DNA of 64,000 bases. It comes from Cyanidioschyzon merolae. Its lineage: Eukaryota. The notes beneath the pieces were generated by a model. It worked only from the letters and a program-made list of their open reading frames with translations, was not told where the DNA came from and searched no databases. Positions within the stretch are counted from its first letter, which is position 1. The number at the start of each line of letters is the position of its first letter. The stretch lies in the NCBI GenBank assembly GCA_000091205.1, contig AP006499.2. One strand, written 5' to 3'. Both the position numbers and the translations under genes were made by a program. Of the stretch, positions 54,627-64,000 are shown in pieces.

Positions 54627-56795
54627 GTGGAGAAAGGCTCACTTGGAATGCCCCGCGCAACGAATCGGAGTTCTAGTGCGGCTGAAAGTGCTGCTGACAA
54701 CGGGGATACGCAGAACTCGGGCAACCTGGGGAGTGGAAGCGCGCGAGCAGCGCCGCGACTGCGAGGCCCCGGGAGAGCTCGTGGTGCCTGGCGTGGAGTA
54801 GCAAACGCGAGCGCTGCTACCTCGGGTCGGGTGCCTGCATCGCGATCACGAGTCACGCGAAGTCGATCAGGGACCAGTGCGAGTCCAGAGGCGACAGAAT
54901 CGACGGATCCAGTGGCTACGGCAACCGGAGCAGCTCCGCCGACACCTGTGGAGCTCTCCGCGGTACTCGCCTCGGTAAGTGCAAACGAATACAATCAGGC
55001 GCTCGCAGCGGAGTTGCTGGAGTTAGCGGAAGTCTACGAGTCGGGGTTTGCATCGGCGTATGAGCCGTCGCTATTCCAGCAGTTTGATGAGCGAGACTTG
55101 CGGCGAGCGCAGTCGCTCCGGTATGCGGCCTGGCGCGTTCGCCAACTTCCCGAAAACTGCGGTATTTTGGTACTGGATGAAGCCAGCCTAGCACAAGTGT
55201 TGTTTGAGGGACAATGGATAGCGTTTGCAAAGGAGCCTCATTTACCTGTAAGTCAGAACGGCGTACCTGTCCACATAGACGTGCACCATGCTGAGGCGGC
55301 AGCAGCTGCAGCCACGGGACTCGACACCGAGGACGCGCCGTATCTAAAACTCTTCCAGAGGGTTCCCATGACGCGCGTGATTTTCTTCGATGTGCTCCCA
55401 GCCGTGCGCGAATTTGCTCTACTTTGGGGATCGGGTATCGCCAGAGGCAGATCACCAGAAAATCTGCTCGAGCTTCGCACCTTTCGAGACGAGAGTGCAG
55501 CCCAGGCGCTGACGCTCTTTCATTGTGTCTGGCATGCGAAACGAATTCGCGCAATGCAGTGGTATCATGCGGGGTGCAAAACGCTGGAAGAAGTTGCATC
55601 GCGGTGTCGTCTCACGGACAAGAGGTTTCAATTGGGGATTCTCTACTACGATGATTTTCGGCTCTTGGTGCCGTACGGCGAGGTTGCAGCGATTACGAGC
55701 ATCTTTGCGTCGGCGTCTACGGAGATCGATGCAGATCTCTCGGTGATTCCGGTCGGTGCACTTCGACGCAATTACCAGGAATGCGGCGATGTGGACTTGA
55801 TCGTGACAGGCGAACCGGAAACCCTGCACCCCGACGGTGAACGATACGGCTCGTTGAAAGCGCTTATCAAACTGCTCCGTGAGCGACATTTCATAACGGA
55901 TGAGGCGGTTTCCATAGAGGTTGCAATGCAGCGACTGCAGCGGATACGCGAGAGCGAGGCCTACATGGCCGCGCACATGGGTCTGCTTCCCGACGAGCGC
56001 ACGAAGCCCTATGTCCGACCCGACTGGGCGGGCATCATCCAGGCGCCCGGATACCCGTCCGGGCCGGATGGTAACAGGCACAGCGACAGCTGCACCGATG
56101 CTGCGTACAACCTTCCAGCACTGGGCGGTGCCATGGTGCAAACTGCATCTAGCTGGGCGGGCGTGGACTTGCTTTCCTCGTCGCTGCCAGCAGCGGAGTC
56201 CATGGCTGGCGTTACGGCATCGGTGTCGGAGGAGTCGACTGCCCTGATGGCAACGGCCGCGAAGTCACAGTCCCCGCTACCGTACTGGTGGGCAACGCAT
56301 CTGCACGACGACGAACTCGATACGGAGGATGAGGTCACCTGGTCTGGAGTCGTTCGTCTCGCCGGGAAACCGCATCGCAGAGTGGATATCTATGTTGTCG
56401 AGAAAGATGAGCTACCCTGGGCACTGATCTGCTACACGGGCTCGCGAGCGTTTGTGAACGCCTTGTTGCGCCACGCCCGGCAGAAAGGATTGTACCTGAG
56501 TGCCCGTGGTGTCCGAAAGCTAGGTCATGCGTTGGGTCCAGGCTCGGGAGGTTTCGTAGCGCTCGAAGGGCCCGCGATGCACAAGGAGCGATCGTCGGAC
56601 GCAGGCTCCCGCGCAGCGTCAACTGCGATGGACTGCTCGGATACGCGGGTCGAGGTCGATCCCATGGAACGGTTTCGCAACGTGCATTCCGAGCGTGCAG
56701 CGTTCGAAGCACTCGGTCTGCGGTATCGAGAGCCCACCGAACGGGAATCAGCAGATGATCTCATCGTTGCTCATGAAATACCGGAAGTATCTTGA
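54627..56795 (+). CDS. Family-X DNA polymerase (Pol beta/lambda-like) with a low-complexity N-terminal extension
   Basis: An 8-kDa-like domain (NEYNQALAAELLELAEVYE), palm with YQECGDVDLIVTG, and thumb ICYTGSRAFVNALLRHARQKGLYLSARGV. The annotated start is GTG; an internal ATG (MPRATN) lies about 21 nt downstream. Confidence 0.75.
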   Translation: MEKGSLGMPRATNRSSSAAESAADNGDTQNSGNLGSGSARAAPRLRGPGRARGAWRGVANASAATSGRVPASRSRVTRSRSGTSASPEATESTDPVATATGAAPPTPVELSAVLASVSANEYNQALAAELLELAEVYESGFASAYEPSLFQQFDERDLRRAQSLRYAAWRVRQLPENCGILVLDEASLAQVLFEGQWIAFAKEPHLPVSQNGVPVHIDVHHAEAAAAAATGLDTEDAPYLKLFQRVPMTRVIFFDVLPAVREFALLWGSGIARGRSPENLLELRTFRDESAAQALTLFHCVWHAKRIRAMQWYHAGCKTLEEVASRCRLTDKRFQLGILYYDDFRLLVPYGEVAAITSIFASASTEIDADLSVIPVGALRRNYQECGDVDLIVTGEPETLHPDGERYGSLKALIKLLRERHFITDEAVSIEVAMQRLQRIRESEAYMAAHMGLLPDERTKPYVRPDWAGIIQAPGYPSGPDGNRHSDSCTDAAYNLPALGGAMVQTASSWAGVDLLSSSLPAAESMAGVTASVSEESTALMATAAKSQSPLPYWWATHLHDDELDTEDEVTWSGVVRLAGKPHRRVDIYVVEKDELPWALICYTGSRAFVNALLRHARQKGLYLSARGVRKLGHALGPGSGGFVALEGPAMHKERSSDAGSRAASTAMDCSDTRVEVDPMERFRNVHSERAAFEALGLRYREPTERESADDLIVAHEIPEVS

Positions 56796-57994
56796 TTTCT
56801 AGCCTTCCTTCGCGGGCGCAGCGTAGAGGCGCTTAACTGACGATCGGTACCTATGTGGCTGCGAATATCAGCTGCAAAAACGAAGCAGCATCGCTTGAGC
56901 AGCGGCCTGCACAGGAGCGGAATCCAACGGAGCAGCTGAGGCTCTCATTTGGCCACCAGACCGGCATCGAGCAGCATTCGGGAAGCAGGTAACGAGAACG
57001 TGGGATTCGGCAGTGCTGCTGCCTGCACTGGGCGATGCTTGCCATCACCACAACTATCCGGTTTGCAAGAGGCGCTCAACAGCTGGCTGCGTTTCTCCCT
57101 GCACACTGAGCGGCTGTGTTGTGCAGGGACCTGAGATGCTGCCGAACGCAACTTTCGTGTGCAACTCGCTCGGTCTGTCGGGCGCGCAGTGGTGCAACAC
57201 GCCAGCACGCCTCGTTTTTCGCGGAGGCAGCTTGGGATCTGTTGGTCGCTCGGGCACGAGCCAGCACCAGACGCGTACGCTGTGATGCCCAGGCTGTTTG
57301 GTGCCGCGCGCATTCGCAACATGCGTGGGTGTCGTGGTCGACGATGTGGCAAATTCACAGACTTTAGATCCTCAGAACAAACAATCCTGAGCCTGAGTAG
57401 AGCCCTGGGCGATTTCGACTCCACGTATGTCGTTGTAATCGCATTCGCGGACGTGAGTCTGGATTTCGCCAACTCGCAGATCAGCGTTGCGTTGTGTGGC
57501 TGCACCAGGGCATTTACTCATCGATTGGCACCTGCTGGAAAGTTTTTGTATTTGTGTCGTCACGTGTATTACGAATAGTTCTATACTGTTGGCGTGTACC
57601 AGAGATGCACGGGAATCTATTTCTGCTTGCGACGGTGCGTACTTAGGCGGACCACCAATGCCCCGTCGACATGCAACGCTCTGAATCGCAGGCATCCTTG
57701 TCATTAGATGTGTCGGTTGGCGAGCGACTGGGCGTGTTCGCGTTGCGGTCATTTGGCGCGATAATCACCCGGTTGGAGGTGAAGCACCTCGCATCTCTCC
57801 AACGACGAATTGGCCAAGCTGTTTCGACAACACGTTCCACCGTGGACTCGGCAGCAGTGTCCACGGAAACGATGCCGCAGACGATGGCGCGGAAGCCGCA
57901 CTCGACCCAGTATTGTCCGATGCGCTACGCACCCACAGGTATCAGAGCTTTAGAGTCGCGCCTGGAACCCGTGATCGAGCACGTTCGCAGGTGT

Positions 57995-58861
57995 TCAGGG
58001 AATGAATACCGTTTTCGTAAGCCCGCCATACACTTTAATCAGCATATCGCCCGCCAGGTTCAGGATAAACACTGCGCCAACGGTGCGGATGCCTCGCGGC
58101 ACGAGTCCCGAAAAAAAGAAGCGGATACTTTGTTTCTCCTGGTACACTTTTCGAGCGGTTTGGAAGAAATTTCTATAACGCTTCCCGACATCCGGTGTTT
58201 CATTTGGATCGCCCGGGTGGGGAATATCTGCCTGCTGGATGGTCTTGATGGTATCCGCCCACTGCGAAGCGGACGCCGCAACAACCCCAGCGATGATGCC
58301 GCTGGATGCGAATGCGACCACGCCTGGTCCACCTGTTCGCGCCTCAATTTCGGCCCGAAGAACTGGAGCAAGCCCTAAATAACCCCCCGTGTAGATACCC
58401 TCTCGAATAGCGGTGGCGAGAAACCCCTTGTAGAGTCTGAACGGCCCCTGCCGAGCAACGTTCACGAACTCTGAAACGAGGGTTGTCCCGCGTTTTTGTT
58501 GCTGAATCATGACGAGTTCCGCGGGCGAACTTACCGTTGCGGAGAGCGCACCGCCAAAGCACGCCGCTGCAATCTTTTCCCCATTGGAGAGACCAGTGTC
58601 GGAGCCAGCGTCCGCGTGCCGCGCAGCAAAGAAGTTGCGACCAATGCCGGTCCCCGCAAACTGGATACCCGTGATCGGGGCAATGCTCGCTGCATTCACG
58701 AAGAGCCCTCTGTACCAGTGGCTTGGGCGAAAGACTATTTCAGCGCTCCGTTGAATTTGGTTCTTGAAATAAATTGTCGGTTGTTGAATGCAGAGTTCGA
58801 TGACACCGGCCAAGGCGCCGATGCCAACGAGCTCACCCGGTCGTAGTTTTCGTTCCTGCAT
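57995..58861 (-). CDS. Divergent mitochondrial-carrier-family-like protein
   Basis: 288 aa made of three roughly 95-aa repeats, each with a hydrophobic helix followed by a degenerate Px[DE]xx[KR]-like stretch (PTIYFKNQIQ, PAELVMIQQQKRG, WADTIKTIQQ). Gly-rich helices are present. The carrier signatures are only partly conserved. Confidence 0.5.
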   Translation of the reverse strand: MQERKLRPGELVGIGALAGVIELCIQQPTIYFKNQIQRSAEIVFRPSHWYRGLFVNAASIAPITGIQFAGTGIGRNFFAARHADAGSDTGLSNGEKIAAACFGGALSATVSSPAELVMIQQQKRGTTLVSEFVNVARQGPFRLYKGFLATAIREGIYTGGYLGLAPVLRAEIEARTGGPGVVAFASSGIIAGVVAASASQWADTIKTIQQADIPHPGDPNETPDVGKRYRNFFQTARKVYQEKQSIRFFFSGLVPRGIRTVGAVFILNLAGDMLIKVYGGLTKTVFIP

Positions 58862-60866
58862 GCTCTACCAAAGCCGCAGCCTCCACCAATAACGTACAGA
58901 ATGAAAACGTAGTCCCAGAAACGTTCGAGCGCCTCTGGAACCCCGACTTGTCCACAAGGCGCTGCTCGTGCTCGTGGCGTGCACCCCAGTGGTGCAGCGT
59001 CCGGGCACCACGCAGGCAACGCTACGTGTCCATGCACGCATCGATCGCACGTATCGATCGATTGATCGATCGATGCGCAGCGGCGGCTAGAGGCGCTCAG
59101 CGGCCGCCGCTGCCGCCTGTGCATCCGGTCCGGTGCCGGGGTGAGCACGACGCGCCTGCTCGAGCGCGAAGCGGCAGCGGCTCTTCGCATGCAGTGCCTG
59201 TTCGTTGTAGCGAGGTTTGTTCTGGGTCGGCGTTGGGTCATTCGACGAAATGCTCTCCGACGCACGGGCGCTGGTCGTTGGCGATACATGAATACGAGCT
59301 GGATGGAGAAAGGAATAGCGGCATCGGGCTGAGCGCTGGGAAGCGGCGCGTCGATGCGTGCGTGCGCTGCTGCGCTCTTTTCCCTGATCTGCGCGGGCGA
59401 TGTGTGTCTCTGGCGTTTCCGCATCGATGCAGCAGGGATCCGAATAGTGATCTGAGCGTCGCTTTCTCGGTTATCCTATGACTGCGAAAAAGTGTCGAGC
59501 GCGGAATTTGCGGTCGACTGCAGCATCGACGGAGCGGATACGACGCCCGCTCCCTGGCGACGTCGATTTGGGGCGCTGGCAACCGCGGTGGCCAGCGGGG
59601 CTGTTCACACCCAGCGGTATGCGAGCGCTGAGGTGTCGCGCAGAACGGTTGACCGTCTCCATGGCGACGCTACTGAGACACCATGCGCAATAGCCGGTGT
59701 GACATGAAGTGCCGGATGCGATCACGCGGCTTTGCTGGACGATTTCGGATGCTTCTCGTAATCGAGCGGCATGCTTTCCGAATCACTGAGAAAGCGCGCT
59801 TCCGGGGCTTCGAACACGCATCGCGCTCCGCTGATGCATCTGGAGAACCCGGCACTGTGGTCAGCTCGAGGTCGGAAAATGTGCTGCTCGGCTTCGCCGG
59901 CTGGGAAACGGAATCGCATCGACACGAAGTGTGAAGAAGACGCTGTCTGCGTTCTCTCGTTGCAAGACAGCTGAGCGTTGTGTTCAGCGGTGCCCTGGTG
60001 CCCAGCAGCGCAACCGCGTCCATCTATGCGACGTTTCACCAATGACAGCCACGTGCATGAGCACTCGCACCTGACACATCGTTAACGTTCTGAAAACAGC
60101 ACCGATGCGACCGCCCCCGTCTGCTTCTGGCCAAGGAGCGCTCCCGACGTACAGTTAAGGAGGTCGCGAACGGTGTGTGCGGCACGCGCCGGTTGCGTCA
60201 CACCGGTACGTTCCGAGCGAGCGGTTCCCCCACACGCAGCCGCAGAACGCTAAACCATCCTCTGGACCCCAAAACGCTGGTGCAAAGAGCCGCCCCCAGC
60301 CAAGTACCCTGTCTATGTGGAAGGCATTTCGCACTGGTGCATGCGCCTCGCCCACCTGTGCATCGCGTGGGCGCGCGGCGAGCATTGCGGCGAGCGCAAA
60401 TGCAGGATACCGGGAGATAATTGCAACATGGGCGACGCCCAGACGCAGCTTAACTGCCCCTAGTCCCAGAATACAATGCGTTGCGGACGATTTGCGCAGC
60501 TCACGTAGCAGTACCTGCCACTGCAGAGTCGAACGGGTGACGAGCCTGGCAGACTGCTCCGGCTCGCGGGACCTTTCGCGTGGAAGGAAAACTTTCTAGA
60601 ATACGAAAAGCTTTTCCCCTTTCAAAGTATATCACAGAAGGGGAAAGCAATACATATACATGCCGGTGAATCCAGAGTCTATGTGCGTTAATCTAAATAG
60701 CGCGCGCTAGATACGCGCATCACGAGATCTGGCTGGCACGAGATACGATGCGCATGTCGCCGTTGAAGAGAAAAGCGATTCCGATCAGAAGCGTGTTCTA
60801 CCGGAACAAGTTGGATTTCCGTTGGAGTTTTACAAAAGAGCAGTTTTTTCATTTCATTTGGTCTTC

Positions 60867-63189
60867 AACCCTCAAACAAGTCTAGTAAAGTGTTTTTTCG
60901 CAGTATATGACAGAAGCGTTCGAAGAGCGTTGTTTTTCAAAAAAACTAAAAAATGAAAGCTATGAAAAAGCAAGTCGACGATCCTGGAGGCTCAGTGTGG
61001 CTGGCTGCCAGAAAAAAAAAACAATAAACATTACCGAGTCCAGAAGAAAAGGAAGAGAAAAAGAACCGAAAGGGGGAGGCTCTACGTCGAAGGCCGCAAG
61101 AAAGACGACAGTACGACGAGATGGTGGTGAAAACCTTTCTTCTTGGACATACCAAGGATCCCTGCAGGGAAAAGTTGCGAGACGCTGTCGAAAAACGTGT
61201 CGACTCTTACTTCAGGAATATTGTGAAGGCGTCGTCAGGACTGATGCATTTGGCGAGGGAGATGTATCGCGACGTGACGCACATGGAAACGGTCAAGATT
61301 CCGGACAAGTTCTTCGACAAGACCTTTATTCGACACCTCATGCTTGGTACAGAGGAAGCGCGGAGGGAAAATGAGCGGGTGCACGTCCTCCACGGAAAAC
61401 ACTCCTTTTACAGCTTTAATGGTACTCGATACAAGGGTGACCGGGATATGTACGACTATGGGGCGATGAAGTACCTCACGAACCTGAAGAACCATCTGAT
61501 CGTGAACCTCGAACGTTTCATGATACGCGCCGTAGTTGCACTCTACCCGGACCTGTCTCGCCAAGGAATATGGGCGATTATCAATGGCATCACGAAAGAT
61601 CGCAGGCGTGAAGACGAGGTCGAATTTGTCGAGAAGAAGGAGTCAAACGAGAGCACGAATGAGGATTCTGTAATCCGTGCGGCTATGAAAGAGCATCGTG
61701 CGGTACTGGGGTTGGCGAATTCAGCAGAAAAGATATCAGCGTTGAAAAAAGATGAGGGAAGATCCTATCGCCTCATTCTGGGATATTTTGTGTTCCTGGA
61801 CCGAGAACTGGGACGCGAGGCAGAGATGAAACTGGGTGAGGAAAAAATGAAGCGTGGGAGAGACGGAAGGCTTTCCTAATGGGGAAGCGCTTCAACGGCG
61901 TTCCAATGTGCAACATCAGTTCACATTTTGTGACTATCGACTCCAGAATCCTTTACGGCATCATGTAGGAGATCAGTCCGGAGTTCAGTGTCAGCAGGGA
62001 GGAGTTCTCCGCTGAGAAGCGGGAGACGCACTGGAAGAACATCTTCAATTTCAAACTTCTCAAAGTCAGCAAACAAAAGGTATTCACTGGAATGATCGAA
62101 ACCGATGGAGTAGCCACGTGTGTACACTATCGGCGCTTGAAGGCAGATCGTCCAGTTCTGTGTTCAATATTGTCCGTAACGAAGCATGAAGATGAGAAGG
62201 AGGCGTATCCTGCGACGCAGAAAGTGCAGAATAACGACTTTGTCGTTGGCGCGGACCCCGGAACCACAAATATCGCAACCATCGCAGCACCCAAGCGTGC
62301 GGAAGATGGTACTGACGGCAACCTACGTCGGAAAGACGTGCGTCTTTTGAGGCTCTCGAGAGCAAGATACTATCGAGAATCGGGAATCATGAATGCAAGG
62401 AAGAAAATTGAGGCATGGAATGCAGGAATGAAAGAGCACCTGGAAGCCTTGAGTGAGATGACGAGCCGCGGAGCGGACTTTGAAGCTTTTCGGAAATTCA
62501 TGGAAGTTCGTGTTGCTCATTGGGATGCGCTGTGGGAAGAGTATACAAATCCCCGGTGCGCTCGTCTGCGAATGAATCTGTATTGTGGGAAGCGGCGCGC
62601 GTTCGCGAATTTTTTAATGAGTGCCTTGAAGGAGAATGAAAGTCAGGGCTCGTGGTAGCGTACGGAGCAGGGCGCCGGAGGATACAAAAAGGGTGTACAC
62701 CAGCTCCAACGGCAAGAACGTACATGGAGTGTGCACGGCGTTTTGTTACAATACCTGTAGATGAGTTTCGAACATCGTATACACACCATGAGCTGGGTTG
62801 TACACTTCAGAGAGTGGAGATGGAAAAGTGCCACCGGAGCCCTGAAGATATAAAAAAGTATGGACGGCTGACGGAAGAGCAAATGGAAAGGACGTCGAAA
62901 GTTCGTGGACTCCTTGCATTAGTAAGTACAACCAATGATGGAAAGAAGCGTATGGAGTTTGTGAATCGTGACTTTGATGCCGCTATCAATATCAGGAAAT
63001 GTGCGGTGATGGAGCATAGACCTCCAGAGTGGACAAGAGTGAATTTTGTTGGACAACCTCTCAAAGTCGAACTATATGAGAAAAAGTTGGAAGCAGTATT
63101 CGGTAGACTGTTCAAAAAAACTGGGAGGCATCTGCACGTCAGTTGGCGACGTCTCGTCCAAGGCGCGGTTGCCGCCACTACTGTACACG
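60867..63189 (+). mobile_element. Fanzor/TnpB-like (IS200/IS605 OMEGA-family) element, copy 2, less decayed
   Basis: Same left-end motif (GTGTTTTTTCGCAGTATATGACAGAAGCGTTC) and right-end block (GCCACTACTGTACAC) as copy 1. It encodes RuvC-I VVGADPGTTNIATIA, RuvC-II-region AFANFLMSALKE, the zinc-finger-like FRTSYTHHELGCTLQRVEMEKC, and RuvC-III MEFVNRDFDAAINIRKCAV. Confidence 0.7.
60953..63170 (+). pseudogene. Fanzor (eukaryotic TnpB-like) gene, copy 2, disrupted
   Basis: Coding potential of about 740 aa is spread over three frames: 60953/61121-61879, 61879-62658 and 62652-63170. There is a 1-nt deletion near 61850 (relative to copy 1), an in-frame TAG at about 61966 (AAG in copy 1), and a frame change at 62642-62670 that coincides with a GT...AG 29-nt segment. 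Copy 1's stop codon (TAG) is CAA here, so the ORF runs on to 63395. Confidence 0.6.
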
Positions 63190-63241
63190 CCCGACGTCGT
63201 TCGACTTTCGAGCGGCGTTTGGCCGGTGTCACCTCTAATCC

Positions 63242-64000
63242 ATGTCAGGAGTGGAACTCCCAGAAGCAGAGACGAGGTCAGTTCTTTCCGATGCGATTCA
63301 AGTGGCGGTTCGTGTTCGTCCTATTCTTCCGAAAGAAGCAGAGACTAGGGGTGCGGCTGAGACCTGGCGCGCTGTACCTCACGCAGGTCAAGTGATCCGC
63401 GTTGGCCGGCTTCCCACGGGTGCCGGAGGCACGACGACCTGCCCGACTGTCTTCTCGTATGATTTCGTGTTCGGTAAGGAGTCCACCAACGTAGAAGTCT
63501 ACGAAAAGGTGGCGAGGCCTCTGGTTGAAAGCGCTCTAGTTGGTTACAATGGCACCGTCTTTGCCTATGGGCAGACGTCTTCCGGGAAAACGCACACCAT
63601 GTGGGGCAGCGAGGCGGATCCCGGTGTCATGCGTCGGGCTGTACGTGACCTCTTCGAGCTTGCGCGCCGAACGCCTCAGCGAGAGTTCCTCATTCGGGTG
63701 TCTTACCTGGAGATCTACAACGAGACTATCAGAGATCTGCTGCATTCGAACCCAGCCGTGACCAATGTCCGGGTTCTTGAGGATAGCGATGGTCGCATCT
63801 GCACCGATGCGCGAGAGGAAATCGTTGTCACTGCTGAGCAAGTCTGTGAGTTGCTCAAGAATGGCGAGGCGAAGCGTATGACCGGAGCAACGGACATGAA
63901 TGAGCGAAGTTCTCGCTCGCACACGATCCTGACACTAGTGATTGAGAGCAGGGAGCGCGCTGCGGAAGACTCAACCTCTGGGGATGCCGAAGACTCGTCA
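63242..64000 (+). CDS. Kinesin motor domain protein (5' part; continues beyond the window)
   Basis: ATG at 63242. IQVAVRVRP..., the P-loop GYNGTVFAYGQTSSGKTHTMWG, and switch-I NERSSRSHTILTL are all present. There is no stop before the window end. Confidence 0.85.
   Translation, partial: MSGVELPEAETRSVLSDAIQVAVRVRPILPKEAETRGAAETWRAVPHAGQVIRVGRLPTGAGGTTTCPTVFSYDFVFGKESTNVEVYEKVARPLVESALVGYNGTVFAYGQTSSGKTHTMWGSEADPGVMRRAVRDLFELARRTPQREFLIRVSYLEIYNETIRDLLHSNPAVTNVRVLEDSDGRICTDAREEIVVTAEQVCELLKNGEAKRMTGATDMNERSSRSHTILTLVIESRERAAEDSTSGDAEDSS

Noticed and set aside
1-64000. Prokaryotic interpretation (operons, RBS, rho-independent terminators), or a kinetoplastid polycistronic unit
   Set aside because: The gene content (kinesin, nuclear PAP, Sm-like, Pol X, uL4 with presequence) is eukaryotic. 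About 12 strand switches occur in 64 kb, which is incompatible with kinetoplastid directional gene clusters.
1-64000. High-GC giant-virus (e.g. pandoravirus-like) origin, given PAP, Pol X, a carrier-like gene and Fanzor, all of which occur in giant viruses
   Set aside because: The presequence-bearing organellar ribosomal protein uL4, the ASH-domain ciliary giant protein, the HCF107-like protein and the Sm-like protein are not typical viral cargo. Not fully excluded without a database search.

Overview
This 64-kb window has high GC (about 60 %) and reads as eukaryotic nuclear DNA, not prokaryotic. It is gene-dense and largely intron-free, with long uninterrupted ORFs of up to 10.9 kb and frequent strand switches. 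Several products are hallmark eukaryotic: a kinesin motor, a canonical nuclear poly(A) polymerase, a Pol-X (beta/lambda-like) DNA polymerase, an Sm-like protein, a mitochondrial-carrier-like protein, a mitochondrial-type ribosomal protein uL4, a LOG-family enzyme, and a giant ciliary-type protein built of ASH (ASPM/SPD-2/Hydin-like) domain repeats. An HCF107/Mbb1-like half-a-TPR (HAT) repeat protein and a RimO/MiaB-like radical-SAM enzyme with an N-terminal extension suggest a plastid-bearing protist or alga with a compact, intron-poor genome. I cannot name the organism.

The most interesting content is two diverged paralogous copies, about 2.3-2.4 kb each, of a Fanzor-type element at roughly 28.47-30.88 kb and 60.87-63.19 kb. 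Fanzor is a eukaryotic homolog of TnpB, the IS200/IS605 OMEGA RNA-guided nuclease ancestral to Cas12. Both copies keep recognisable RuvC-I (GADPG) and RuvC-III (NRDF[ND]AAINI) motifs but are broken by frameshifts and nonsense codons. Their homology ends sharply at a shared 3' block, after which the flanks differ, as expected for an omega/fRNA scaffold end followed by a guide. Copy 2 ends about 50 bp upstream of the kinesin ATG.

Other notable items are a Tc1/mariner transposase relic, a 132-bp x 7 tandem array, an 80-bp tandem repeat upstream of the Pol-X gene, and many coding trinucleotide microsatellites (polyQ, polyM, polyG, polyE, polyS/A) inside the giant genes.

The ORF track allows GTG/TTG starts, so many 5' ends are approximate. 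Read-back of start and stop codons suggests my nucleotide coordinates between about 52.7 and 58.9 kb may be off by 1.
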